A stretch of DNA of 64,000 nt from Piromyces finnis finn (GCA_002104945.1 MCFH01000041.1:62001-126000); one strand, 5' to 3'. Shown: positions 35,439-51,536, counted from the first letter of the stretch. Made by a program: numbers and translations. Notes: a model not told the origin generated them from the letters alone.

Positions 35439-38400
35439 TTAGGATAATATTAAGTTATCAAATAATTTAATAGAATTAAATAAAATGGAATTAAGATCCT
35501 ATAAAACATAAAATATGATAATAAAGATAATATATAATTATAATATTTGATAGTTAGCTAATTATCAAAAATAATATTTATGTATAATAGTAATAATTAC
35601 CTTGTTTAACGATTCAAATTTTTCTTCACATTCATTTAAGCTAGTCAAAAGTCTATTATTTTCTTCATCATTAGCGTCTTGCTCCTTTTGTTTCTCTTGT
35701 TCTTTTTCATATTCTTCTTCTTTGCGATCATCTAAGTTAATTGACTTTCTAACAATATCAGTTACTAAACGACTATTACGTTGTGAATATCTTTTTGACG
35801 CTTTGGTGTCAGAAAGCTTATCTAATAATGATTTAAGATAACTATCATCAAATTTAGAACTTCTATTGGCAGTACTACTCCTTGCGGTACTACCTGTTGA
35901 TAATCTATGCATAGAAAGTCTGCTTTTTCTTTTTTCTTTATCAATAGCTAATTCTTCTAACTCTTTCTTTAAATTTTCAATATTCTTTCCAACATTTTCA
36001 TCAGTTGAAGAATTAGAAAAACGGAACTGTCTTTCTTCAGCTTTTCTCCATAATTCAATAGAAGTGAAAGAAGTATTGGAATTATTACCAAGAGAAGTTT
36101 TACTATTTCGTTTCGATCTTTCAATTTTATGCATAATATGATCTCTATATGTTTCAGAACCTTGACGATTAATATTATTTTCAATGATTAATGATGTACC
36201 ACTATCTTCATTATTTTTCTGCAATTTTTCTAATTTACTTAATTCTTTAGCAAATGGTGATATTTGTTCACGTGATGGTGTTCCAGTCATTAATTGTCTC
36301 ATTTCATCCATTAGAATATTAATAGAAATATCAGAAGATGATGACATAGTAGACTTACGAATTGATTGACGATTAGGTATAGAAATTCTTAAACTAGTAC
36401 GGGTATCAATACGTGGTGGTCTAACCATTGATGAAATTCTATGACTAACTTTTAATGAAGAAGATACCCCCGGTTTAGAATTATCAAACTTATCTGCTTT
36501 TAATTTAGGAGAAGCTTCTCCATTATAATCTCTTCTACTACGTATATGCTCATGACGACTTCTTCTATCTTTTTCATTAATTAACGGGCTTCCTAAAGAT
36601 TTATTACGTGAATCTGAATGTGAAGAACGATGACGCATTGATTTATGTCTACTTTCTCTTTTTTTAATATCAGAATTCGAAGAATGAATTGAAGATTGAC
36701 GATCATGAGAGCCTGAACGATTTCTAGAATGGGAATGGCTTCTACTATGACGACGATGATGATGGTGATGATGACTACCATTACTATCTATACTACGATG
36801 AGATCCAATACTTGACTCTGATAGAATACTACTTCCACTACCTATACTACTCATAGAAGTATTAGAAGCTTCTGAATGATGTCCTTTACCTTTAGTATAT
36901 AATCTTTCTTCCATATGCAAAGCACGATCAGGAATAACAATATCGTCAGTATCTATTACTGAAAGAGATTGATCGTCTTTAACAGAATCGGAATTAGTGG
37001 TTGTTTTAATTTGTTGTAATGATACCTTATCATAGTTCTTTTCATTCTCATTTCCGTTTTCAACATTTGGCAAAATATCACCACTAATGTTAATTCGACT
37101 ACGTGTTGGTGAATTATGACTATATCCATGTTCATGTCTTTCCGCCATTCTTGAATGCCTCTCATGACTTTTTTCAGTCATGATGGAACGATGACTATCT
37201 TTATTTTCAGTTTGTTCATTTTCTTCTTTATCCTTTTCAGAATGATCCCTCTTATGATGTTCTTCATTACTTTCAGCTCTTTTTGATAAATGTCTTCTTG
37301 AACGTCTTTTTTCTCTTTCTTCATCCGTCTCTAATCTTCTAGATGCATGTCTTCGTGCTCTTTCTTCATCTGTTTCTAATCTTCTAGATGCATGTCTTCG
37401 GGCTCTTTCTTCTTCTGTTTCTAATCTTCTGGATGCATGTCTTCGGGCTCTTTCTTCATCTGTTTCTAATCTTCTGGATGCATGTCTTCGGGCTCTTTCT
37501 TCATCTGTTTCTAATCTTCTGGATGCATGTCTTCGGGCTCTTTCTTCATCTGTTTCTAATCTTCTAGATGCATGTCTTTTAACTTTTTCTTCTTCTGTTT
37601 CCGGTAGTAATCTTCTAGAAACATGACGACTTTTTCTTGAGGAATGTCTTTCAGATATACGTCTAGAGGCATGTCTCCTTCTCCTTTCTTCATTATCTTC
37701 GGTGCTTTCTTCTCTATCATTTTTATCATTATCAGACTTTGTTTTTGAAGAATGTCTTTCTGGCAATCTAGTTGAAATATGACGACGACTAGAAGAACGA
37801 GAAGAACTACGCGTTCTTGAAGATACCATACTACGAACTCTTCTTCTATGAACTTCTTCCTCTTCTTCATCTCTTTTACTATCTTCATCTTTTGAATTTT
37901 CCCTATATTTTGACTTTCTTTTTTCTAATCTCCTTGAATGTCTAATTGATGATGATCTTTTAGCTTCTTCAAGACGTAAATCTTCTAATTTCCTCAATTC
38001 TTCTGACATTGGATATTCCTTTGGTGCTTTTAATATAGACTTATATTTTTTTGGTTTGTCATTTTCTTTACTTTCACTATTTTCTAACTCTTTCTTTTTT
38101 TCATTATTATCAATATTTTTATTCAATTGTTCTTTTATTTCTTCTTTATTTTCAGTGATATTTTCTTCAGAATAAATTATATTATCTTCATTCTGTTCTT
38201 TTTTATCTTGTAAAGAATCAACCAAGTTTTCTTTATCCTTATTAGTAGCATCGGTTAAAACTGGATTTTGAACTTGAACATCTTTATCTTTTTCTTGAAT
38301 AGTAGTAATTTTCTCATTTTCTTGATCTTGCTTTATTTGTGGTGATTGTTTTTCATTTTCATTTAAATCTGTAATAGAAACATTGCTATTATTTTTTTTA

Positions 38401-41400
38401 CTACTTAACAATTCTGGTGAAAAATTAGGTTTTGTATTAGAAGTTGAACGTGATGGGATTTTTAATTTATCAAAAATACTTCCACCATTACTATTATCTT
38501 CTGAATTTTTTCTTGCTTCAGCTGATGATCCACGTGTTGGAAATTTTAATTTATTAAAAATGCTACCAGTATCATTATTTTCCTGTGAAATATTTTCATT
38601 TTTATTCTCTATTTTTTTCTCCTTTTCTTCTTCAATCTTTATACTCTTATCATCTGATTCATTTTCAGATTTGGAAATGGAATTACTTCTAAATAAATTG
38701 GTGATTAAACCCTTTATACCAAAACCAGGATTTTCTGGTAGATTATTAATATTATCATCTTTATCTTCCTTTTTTATTTCTTGTTTTACTTCAATTTTTT
38801 CTTCTTTTACATCTTCTACTTCATTTTCTTCATTTTCTTGATCATTTTTTGGTTTTTCTTTTTCTTTACTATTATTTGGAATCATAACACTAATTTCATC
38901 TAATGTTGATAACATTTCATCAAAATTTACGTGAGAAGAAGTTGAAGCAGATGAACCCCTACGGTTTTGAATTTTAGATGGCATTTGTGGAGGATCTTGA
39001 ATAATCACTTCATCATCATCAGACTCTTCATCATTTATATCATCTAATACTTCTTTAGTGATATTTTCTTCTTCTTTAATATGATTTTTTGTTTGTTCTG
39101 CTTTTGCTAATAACAGTTCAAGATTTGATTTCTCCTCACCTGCAAAATTGTTTTCATTATCAATAACTTTGGATGAAGTAGAAGCCTCAGAATCCTTTAT
39201 ATCTCTTATATGAGATGGTTTTACAATTGGCATTAATCTTTGTTTAGCTAAATTTTTATTAATCTTAGAACCCTTTTCGTCTAAACTTGGAGAAAAACCT
39301 TTATAGCTTGAACTACTTGTTCTTGGATTAATTTTTCCCAATATAGATGACATATTATTATTATTAGGCTTTGATGCATCAGTATTTGATTTATTATTTC
39401 TATCTAATGATCCAAACCTCATTGATGGACTATTTATTCTTGGAGATTCTATCTTATTTAATTTCATTGTTATACTATTATTGCTATTACTTCTTGCACG
39501 AGTTGCACTTAATGGTGTTATTGATTTTCCTTCTAATACACTTTCATCACCTTTTGATTTCAAATTGTTTATTAAATTTGTTAATTCTTTATTGTTTTTT
39601 TCTTTCTCTTCTTCTGTTAACTATTATAAAAAATTATAATAATAATAGTAATAGTAATAATAATATAAATATAAATAATTTATTATAATTTATTATATAA
39701 AATAAAGCTTAAAAACATATTTTTCTGTAGATATACACTACAATACTTACATCAATTGACATTTGACTATATTCTGAATAACTTTTATCCAATGACTTTA
39801 CGGGTTTAGGTATTTTTGGTATCATGACTGTTTCATTTGGATCAAATTTATCATCATACATTGCATATTGACTCAATGTAGATTTTATTCTTTCTTTTTT
39901 TTCTTTATCCTCATTTTCAACTTTTAATTTTGACTTTCTCATACTCTTTCGTTTTTCTCTTTCTCTATCATGTTCCGTTTTCTCTTTCATTACAAAGTCA
40001 ACTTTTCTGGAACCTTTTTCTATTTCTTGTTTTATTAAGTAAAATATAATATATGAATTTCTTATAGGAATTAATTTTTTCCGTGTATAAGCATGTAACA
40101 CAAAATCATCAATAGACTTCCCATGAAGAATACTAAACTTTTTTAAAGCATATTCAATTATATTTTCTGCAGTTTCTTTTGAAGTCACACCTACGGTTTT
40201 AAACATTTTTTTACCAAATTCATCTTTTTGATCTATAAATACTCTAACTAAACGACAATGACTAGAATTTTCATTCTTTTTATTTAAAATAAACTTAAGA
40301 TTTCTATCATTTAATATATTTCTACTTAATCTATTAGATTCTACTAAAGAACTATTGGCATTATCTTCCTCTGATAAAATACTAACACTTTGAGATAAGC
40401 GTTTAGTAGCCCCTGGTAGTTTCTTATTTTTTATATGTTCTAAAATTTTAAAAACTTCATCATTTGGGTTTAAAGTTTTTTCTTTTGAATCAAAATGAAT
40501 AACACTCATATAATAATCATGATAAGTATCTCTTGGTAATTTAAAACGATATAATGCGGATTTAATCATTTCTTTAACTGTTGTATTTGAATTAACAGAA
40601 ACACTTTTATATGGTGTTTGTTCAACGTCAAAGTTACCAGTAAAGATCTTAATAATATTAATTGATGAAGAAGACTAGAATCCCAATTATAAAATTAATG
40701 GCAATAAAGAGTTAAATAAAATATTTATGTTTAAAATGTTAGTACAATTATATAATAATAATGTATATATGTTAAACTTACACTTGGATTAAGAACACTA
40801 ATGTGCTTCTCAGAAAGAGTAACTCTTTTAGAACTTGGAAGTCTTTCACTTTTTCTTCTATCTTTTTCTTTATCTATTAATGATGTTTTACTTGAAGAAT
40901 GCATAGATGATATCCTAGGTTTTAAATCTTTTCTAATATCTCTTTCTTTTTCTTTTTCTCTATCTCTATCTCTATCTCTCTCCCTTTCCGATCGATGCGA
41001 TTTTAAATGAGAATGGGTGCTTTCTCTTCTTTTACTATCTTGCTCAATATTTATTTCTTGATCATCATCACTATTTTCATTACTCATTATCTTTATATTA
41101 TTTCTTTCTTCATCGTTTAATGAAATATCTGGATATTCCATATTACTAATATTTTGCTTATTTGTAAAACTATTTTCATTTGGAATATTATTATAAATAT
41201 TTGATGATTCATTTGGAATAAAGTTTTTCTGTTGTAATCTATAATCCTTGTTTCTATCTTCAAATGAGTTAGTATTTTTATATTCTTGGATATTATTATT
41301 TAATGAAGGTGATGGATAATCCTGTTGGAAAAAGGGTTGTTCATTTCTAGATGGAAATGCTTGAATTGAAGTTAAATTTGGAATGTTTGAATTATTATAA

Positions 41401-43038
41401 TTTCCAGCTGCCGCATTATATTTTGTATATTCATTTTGATTAATGTTCATATTTGAATTTGGATTTATATCTATTCCATTCACTCTATCAAAATTATTTA
41501 TATTTGAATTTGAATTCACATTCATTCCATTCATTCGGTCAAAATTATTTACATTTAGATTTGAGTTTACATTCATTCCATTCATTCGATCAAAGTTACT
41601 CATATCATTATTTATACTTATATTATTCATTTTATTTAAATTATTCATGTTTATATTGTTAGTATTATTTATACCATTTATTCTATTGAGACTATTTATA
41701 TTATACATATTCATATTTCCATTATAATTATTTGTACCAAGAGACATTGTCATATTATAATTTTGATTATAATTCTGAGGTAAATAATCATATAACTTTT
41801 TATTCTTTTCTTTTTTCTTTTTATTCTTTTTCAACAATTTCTATATTATAGAGATAATAATAATAAAATCAATAAAACTAATTAATACTTCTTATTTGAT
41901 TTTAGTATATATTTATCAAATAAATTAATATATTTACAGAAAAGAAACCGCCTTTTTTCAAATATTTTTTTTCTTCATGATCATATAAAGATAATGAATG
42001 ATTAAATGGCTCTGTTGAAAGAATAATATTATTTCCACCAAATGGACCATTGGGGTTATTAAAGTTTATACTATTATTCAATTTATTATTCATTATGTTC
42101 ATTGATGTACCATACATATTATTATTTATTTGATTACTTGGATTATGTTGTTCATTATCATTATCATCATCATCTTCTTCTTCTTCTTCTCCATAAAATG
42201 GACCCTCATCTGAACCATATTCATCATAATCTTCAAAATCTTGTCTATTTTCTACTATATGTATTGTAGGAGGAGTAGCTGAAAATTTTATCTTTTTAGT
42301 TCTTTCTTTATATCTATGTAATGTATCCTGCGGCATTACAGCAGCAACCTTATAATATAAAAGTTAATTAATGTTTCTATTTCTAAATATATATTTTAAT
42401 TTTACTTTCTATAATATATACCTGAACATTTTTAAATCTATTCGCTCTTGCAACTCTTTCATATGGAAGCTATTAAATTTTAGTAAATATATATAGTAAG
42501 TAAATATATTATGTTACAGTTAATAAATTACATATAAAAAAAAAAAAGGATTAAAATATAAATAAAAAAAATTTACTTCAATATTATCAGCAGGAAGATA
42601 CCCTATCTATAAAATTAAAAAGTTAAACAATAATATATAAGAAATTAGTAATAATTTCATTTAATTAATTACATAAATATATATTACCTCATTTGTACTA
42701 ATACACCGAACTAACCACCAATAGTCATGAGTATCATCAAGTAAATCTAAAACATCATCCTTTTGTACACAAATTTGACCTTCAACGTTTGCTATAAAAG
42801 TATGATAAGCATATACTTTTGAAAAATCAATCTCGCTGATATCAATATCTAAATCTGATACAGGAGACTCTAAATCATAATCATCATCATCACTATAATC
42901 ATCTTCAAAATCTTCTGCTTCTTCAATATACATATCACTTCGACCGTTCATATATCGAAGATCTTGTTGATTTGTTTCATTATATTCTTCATTATGCCCA
43001 TAACGACTTCTATATCTCTCTAGAGAAAAAAACTGCAT
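35439..43038 (-). CDS. Tea4/Bud14/TeaC-like polarity scaffold: SH3, PP1-docking motif, two RA domains, long disordered region, C-terminal coiled coil; 2300 aa, 8 exons
   Basis: Exons 43038-42688, 42606-42577, 42469-42422, 42348-41938, 41840-40782, 40674-39751, 39620-35601, 35498-35439, all phase-0 GT-AG. SH3 IDFSKVYAYHTFIANVEGQ..LLDDTHDYWWLVR..IGYLPADNIE followed by LPYERVARAN (Tea4/Bud14 signature) and KKIKF (RVxF). RA-like blocks IKIFTGNF..YKSVSV..ALYRFKL and VRVFID..FKTVGV..ALKKF. Confidence 0.8.
37312..37578 (-). repeat. Coding tandem repeat, 6 x 45 bp, unit RHASRRLETDEERAR
   Basis: Plus-strand unit tcttcatctgtttctaatcttct(a/g)gatgcatgtcttcgggctctt repeated with few substitutions. Confidence 0.95.
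41455..41605 (-). repeat. Coding degenerate repeat, 3 x 51 bp, NFDRMNGMNVNSN-type unit
   Basis: NFDRMNGMNVNSNLNVN / NFDRMNGMNVNSNSNIN / NFDRVNGIDINPNSNMN in exon 5. Confidence 0.8.
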
Positions 43039-43339
43039 TTTTATGATTTTCTATTTGAGTTTTAATTTTAATTTTGGTTTTATGACACTACTTTAATTTT
43101 ATGAAAATGTGTATATTATTTACTATTATTTTTCTATAATTCTATAATTTAATCATTTAACCTCTATTTTATTTGTTTCCTTTTTTCTACTTTCTTAATA
43201 TAATTAAAAAAATAAAAAAAAATAAAAAAATAAAATTTAATTTTGTGCCTCTTATTTATATCTATATATATATTGTATTTATTCAATATTTATAATTTTT
43301 GTTATTATGTTGCTTTATCTATTATTGTTATTGTTTTTG

Positions 43340-43797
43340 TTTTTGTTTGTTTGCTTGTTTGTTTATTTATTTATTTATTTATTTATTTATGTATTTATGT
43401 ATTTATGTATTTATGTATTTATGTATTTTATTTTATATTTTATTCCACCTTATCTTTATAAAATTAATAAAAATTTTAGAAATTTACTTTTCTTTTATAT
43501 AATTTTTATAATTGTTTTTCTTATTATTATTCTATAAAATTAAAATCACAATATAAAAAAAAATAATAATAAAATTTATTAGTAAGAATATATTAAAAGC
43601 TTGTTACTTCTAAAATAAAACAAAATAAATTTACATTTATATATATTATATATTATATATATAATACCTAATTTTTTTAGGTTACTTTAATATTTTCGCT
43701 TACTTTGATTTTTATTATTTTTATTAATTTAAACTTTCTCTAACAAAGTTTTGTTTTTTTTAAATATATGTATATTGATACTGTTGTTTTTGTTGTT

Positions 43798-43830
<33 letters not shown>

Positions 43831-43995
43831 CTTATTTATTTATTTATTTATTTATTTATTATTATGCTTATATTTTTTATTGTTGTTTTTGTTATTATTA
43901 TTATTATTATATTATTAGTAGTAGTAGTAGTAGTAGTAGTAGTAATAATAATAATAATAATAATAGTAATAGTAATATTAGTAGTAGTAGTTGTA
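43340..43995. repeat. Compound microsatellite cluster (TTTA)n, (TATG)n, (TTA)n, (GTA)n, (ATA)n upstream of the Tea4-like gene
   Basis: Directly visible arrays at about 43340-43430 and 43795-43995. Confidence 0.9.
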
Positions 43996-45548
43996 GTATA
44001 AAATTATAAAATTAAATAAAATATTAATTCTTAATTTTTTTAATTTCTTCGACCCTTTGTTAAAAAAAAACGAATTATTTTAGTAATTTAATAAGATTTT
44101 TAATTGAAATATTATATTACTGATATTTATTATTTATAAATAAAAATAAAATCTTTACATTTTTTATTTACATCTTTCTTATTAATTTTTATTTTTTTTT
44201 CTTTTTTTTCTTTCTATTAAGTTTTTTTTTACAAAAATATGATAAAATAAATATACTTTATAAAAGTTTTTAAAGGGTAAAGCAACAAAACAATATTCGA
44301 GAATATATATAAACTTTAATCAATAATTAATATAATTAATTATTAATAATAATAGTTAATATTATTTTAATATAAATGCTTTATAAAAAAAATGATATAA
44401 TAATAAATAATAATAATTTTTTTTTTAAAATATTAATATTCTTATTTTTAAATAACCATATCTGAAATATATTAATATATAATTTATAAATTATTATATT
44501 TAACAAATATAAATCTAAATAAATAAAATAAATTTTATTAAATATAAATTAATTACTTGAATAATAATTCTAAATGATCAAAAATATTATAAACTAAAGA
44601 TCAACTTATTTTTCAAAAAAATAGATTTTAATTTTATACTTTTTACTTATATGAATATAATAAAAAAAAATATTATTTAAATATTTATAAACCTTCTTGA
44701 AGATAATATATATATATTTTCCTTACTTAATAATATTAAATTTATAATATAATAATTGTTTAATCATAAACATTTTTTATTTTCTTTATTGAATAAAATA
44801 TATTTATCAATACATTTTCTAATTTACAAAAATATTATGGAATTATTATCATAATTCGAATTTTTTAATATATTTAATAAATTATTAAATTAGTTATGGG
44901 TTAGTTTTGTATAATTTTTTTAAAAGGTTAATTTTTTATTATCAATAACTAATTTTTTAATAACTTTTTTTATAGTTTTATAATATTTAACATAATAATT
45001 ATTAATGCTTTGTTAAAATAATTGTTGATATGTTTATTATAAAAATAAAAAGAAATTTTTAATATACTTAATTCTTCATATTAATATTATATGAAGATTT
45101 CTAAATGTTATAAAACAACAAAACGTAATTATAAACTTAATTTTAATAATTTCAGAGAGCAAATTTTCTATAGTATAAGTATTTATATCTAATTTTAAAT
45201 ATTAAATATAGTAACAAAAGTGTGTAAATAACAATAAATAATTTTATAATATATATATTTTAATAAACACTTTTATTTTAGCAATAAAACTTGAAAATAA
45301 CAACTTTTGATAGAAATAAAGAAATCCAAATAATTTATAATTTATATTTTTTTTACAGTATATTTATTCTATATGGATTAGATTATATGTATATTTTTTT
45401 TAATTAAAAATATTCATTTTTTTTTCTTTTTTTCTTTAATTGGTATAAATTAATTATTTTTAATTATTTTAATATAAAACGTGCCGCTACAACAATATTT
45501 TTTTTTTTTAAAGAAATATGAATACTCATAATTTTTTAGTTATAATCA

Positions 45549-45770
<222 letters not shown>

Positions 45771-46163
45771 GGATAATATTTTTTATTATTAGAGTTGTAA
45801 ATTTTGTATAATTAAAAAAGTTAATTTTTTATCCCAAATTTTATATAATAATATATAAAGTTAAATTAAAACGTGTTAATTTAAATTAATAATTAGAATG
45901 TATAATGAATAATAAACTTTTGTGTGATAATTGTAAGACTTATTTTTCAATATATAATTTTCTAAATTTAATTATATAGTTATATAGAAATTATCAACTT
46001 TTTTTTTCTCATGTTAATAAAACAATAATAAACATTTAGTTTGAAAATTATTTATAATTAAATATTTAGTTTATTGTTGCAGTAAATAATTTTTTTAAAC
46101 ATTTTTTTCTTCTAAAAAAATTAAAACCTTTATTTATAATAATTATTAATTTTGTAAAATAAA

Positions 46164-47386
<1,223 letters not shown>

Positions 47387-47859
47387 ACAAAAATGTGTTT
47401 ATATAATTAATTTTGTTAATTTAGTTCTTTTTTTAAATCTATATAAAATTATAATAATAAATATATAAAAATATAAAAAATAAATATTAAAATTTTATAT
47501 ATATTAGATGTATTTTTTGTATAAAAAATCTTATAATAAATATATATATTTTTATTTTCATTTTTTTATTTATTTATTATTTATCTATTCATTATTTTTC
47601 TTTTATTTATTATATAAAAAATTCTTAATACAACTATAAATAGTAATAATTTATGATTAAAAAATAATATTATTTATTTTTATTTATTTTTATTTTTTAT
47701 TTTTATTATATTTTATTTTATTTTAAATTCAAGCATAAATAATTTGTTAAAAAGTTTTTTTTTTTTTTTTTTTTTTTTTTTATCTTATTTTAAAATAAAC
47801 TTTAATATTTATTTATATATTAAAATAAATAATAAAATATAATTTATTATTTTATGTAT

Positions 47860-50068
47860 TTATTTTCTAGCACTTCTTTTATTTTTATTATTCTTTGCAC
47901 TGGATGGCTTACCGGCTATACTAAAAAGATCATCATCAATATTTCCTTCTATTAACTCAAGTTCTTGATGTTTACTTTTCTTAGTATGTTTTCGTGATAA
48001 GCCATCATCATTACCATTATTTTTATTTTTAACATTTTTAGTTTCTTTTCTTTTGTTTTGCTTCTTAATTGTACTTTCAATTTCAATTTCTTCATCCTTT
48101 TCATCTTCTTCTTCTAGTTGCTTTTTATTCTTTTTATTATTCTTGTTTTTAATTAGCAATGTTTCTTCTAAAGTTGTTTCTTTATTAATACTTTTATTTT
48201 TTTTATGACCCTTTTTAGACATTGATTGTTCATTATCTGATTCAGGATCACATTGACCACCAAATATATTTTGATAAATTTCATCGTCACCATTGTTTAC
48301 AATATAAGTTTGACGTGTACTATTAAGAGCTTCAAATTCTTCATTAAGCTTTTTATTTTTTAATAACTTTTTAGATACTTTTCTTTCTTTTTTACTTAAC
48401 TTCTGTTGTTCTGTATTATTCTCGAATTCATCTTTTAAAAATCTATTTTTATATTTATTATCATCAGTTGGTGAGGCAGATTTTTTCATATTATATTCAT
48501 CTAATAAACTATATTTATAATCAATTGAACTTTGATTTACTGAATATGCTTTGTTATTTTTCATGGTTTTATATGTATTTGTTTTAATTAGTGGTGGACA
48601 TGATTCTACAAAAAGTGGTGAATCAGCAATTGATGATTTATTATTACTATTCTTTTTATTTTTAATTGGACTTGTAGTTATCTCGTTAATTTCAACTGAA
48701 GATTTTTTAGGTGATCTTGGCTTATAACTTCCCTCATTATTATTATGGTTATTTTTATTGTGATTTTTAGTATATGGTGAAGAAGAAATTACAGGAATTG
48801 AAGGTTTATTATTTTTACTATGAGATTTAGATGGTGATATTAATAATTCTTGAATATCAGATTCGTTTACTGATGTTGGATTAATAATAACTGCTATATT
48901 TTTATCCGAAATTTTAATTGGAGTATTTGATCCGTATTGAATATGAATTTGTTTTCTATTATCAATTGAAATTTGATAAGGACTTTTATTATTAGTTACA
49001 GTTGTCGTTTGTTGAGTTTGAGAAGATGATTCAATTTGTTGAATTGAATTTAATTGATCAATGGAGTCACTATTACTATTTGGTTTACTTGAAGTTTCAT
49101 TGCGTTTTTTACTCTTTGTTTTTTTAGATTTAATAAATCCTTCTATATCTTCTGTAACAAATTGATATGGTTTAGAATTTTTATATTTTTTTGAGGATTT
49201 TTTATTTTTCTTTGCTTTATTATCATCATTATCATTACTATCATTTTGGGAAGTTGATAATGTCTGTTCAGAAGTTTCTTTTGTTTTTTCTACACTATCA
49301 TTAGATAAAGAAGTTGTTGATTCATTAACAATTTCATTTATTTCATTACTTTCATTTTCTTCTGATTTACATGAGTTTAAGCTAGAACTTTTACAAATTG
49401 CAGCTAAATTAATGTATGAGTTTTGATTACTAACATCATCATCATTTTTTGAAATATCTAATTGGGAAGGTAGAGTTTGAGGTACTGTCGAAAATAACGA
49501 ATTATTATTAATTGTTTCTGATAATTGATTTTTATCAATAACCATTATATTTTGACCAGCTAATAATGTATTAACTTTTTTTAATGATATTTTATTTGTA
49601 TAAGATGATTTATTATTAGATGAAGACGTTCTTCTATTATGATAATATTTTGCTTCAAAAGCTTCTTGGGCATTTTCAGCTTCATCAAATTCATAAGATT
49701 CATCAGAATAGTCATCATCATCATCTTCAATATAGTCTTCATTTTCATCAAAATCATTTTCATCTACAAAATCATTAGTTATAAATTTTCTATTTTCTGA
49801 TGTTGTATTTTTGGAAATGGATGGCTTAACTTCCTCTGTTTTTTCATTTCTTTAATAATGTAAATAGTAAATATATAATAATTAGATAGCATTATATATA
49901 TATAATATATATATAATATAATTTAGATATTTTGAAACTCAAAATATATTAAATATAAAACATTAAATTAATAAGATATTTTTATATATACTTTTCAAGA
50001 TTATTTTTATGTTTAATAAAAATATTTTCTACATTTGATGAATTTGTAACTGATATTGAATTATCCAT
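47860..50068 (-). CDS. Low-complexity K/N/S/E-rich hypothetical protein, 688 aa; exons 50068-49992 and 49849-47860
   Basis: The 561-aa ORF extends upstream in frame through an acidic block to an acceptor at 49850, plus a short first exon MDNSISVTNSSNVENIFIKHKNNLEK. No family recognised. Confidence 0.7.
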
Positions 50069-51536
50069 TATAATATTAAAAAAATCGTTATATAATTTTT
50101 TTTTTTTTAAGTTTAAAATGTTCTAGTTTAAAAAATTAAAAAAATAAAAAATGAAGATTTTCCTCCATTTTTAAAAGAAAAATCTAATTTAATTTATTAT
50201 AATGAAAAATATAATGAAAAATCATTATAACTGATAATACATTAAATTATGGTTAAATTATGATTAATTATTGTATTTATCTTAATATAATTTATTATTC
50301 GTTCTTTTTAGTTTGAAATTAATATTATATTAAGTTTAATGAAAAATTATTATAAATAAAAAATCATTTTTAAAGAAAAAGATTAGTTTTATTTCTTAAT
50401 AATAAATTAAATAAAAAAAGTCTCACATAAAATAACATATTTTATTTGCTTATAATACAATTAATTAACATAGTACAAAGAAATTATTAACACTACTTGA
50501 GTAATTAAAAATAGTTATGAATAAAATTGAATGAAAATATTTAAATATAATTTCTTATATTATAAACAGGATTATATTTTGTTATTTAATAAAATAATAA
50601 TATATACAATTTTAAAAATATAGATTTTATTCTTAATTTTTATATCATATAACTAATAAACTAATAAATATAATTATGTTTTATATTATGTCATAATAAC
50701 TTTCATAGTTTTTAAAGATAAAAATGATTATGATCATATATTTTCATTAAAAGGTTATGATATTTTAAATTTTTTTTTTAATTATTATTTATGTTACACA
50801 ATATTTTTTCATATTATTGTTATAATTATATAATTATGATATGGTTAGATTATATATGTATATTTTTTTTTTGATGAAATCACATGAACTCATACTTTAA
50901 AATAAATTATCTATTTATTTTATCTTTATCTATATATAAAAAACTTTTAGTGAAAAAGTTTAGTAATGTGGAATATATAATTTATTTTGTTTAAAATTAA
51001 ATGATAAAAAATAAGTATAAATACTTTTATAAATAAAATGACAAAACAATATTCGTATTAATAAAAATTTAGATATTAGAATTAAGCCAATCAGAAAATG
51101 ATATCTGAATATGTAAATATTTTTTTTTTATTTTTTTATTTTTTAATAATAATTAACTGAAAGATTATACATAGATTTATGTAAAATAAATCTTTTAATT
51201 AAACTTCTTTTTTTGAAAAAAATATTTATATATATATATATATATATATATAAATATATATTTTTTTTTTTTTGTTTTATTATTATTATTATTATTATAT
51301 TATTTATTCATTTCAAGTTAGTTTTTAAAATTTTGGATTAGTTACCTATTTATAAATTATAAATTAATTATTCAATAAATAATTCTTTTATTTGTCAATT
51401 ATTATTTTTAAATTTCATTTAATATATTCTGGATATTAAATTTGCTATTTTGATTTTTCAGTATTTTTGGATATAATTTCTTTACATATATTATTTTTAA
51501 TCCTAATTTTATTTGTATAAAATTCGAAATATCAAA

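Noticed and set aside
37312-37578. CRISPR-like or mobile-element interpretation of the 45-bp array
   Set aside because: There are no unique spacers; it is an in-frame coding tandem repeat in a eukaryotic exon.
35602-39688. Short antisense or alternate-frame ORFs overlapping real genes (also 12153..12510, 13990..14205, 22499..22738, 24707..24892, 27566..27931, 40801..41727)
   Set aside because: Shadow ORFs expected opposite stop-poor coding strands; no recognisable protein features.
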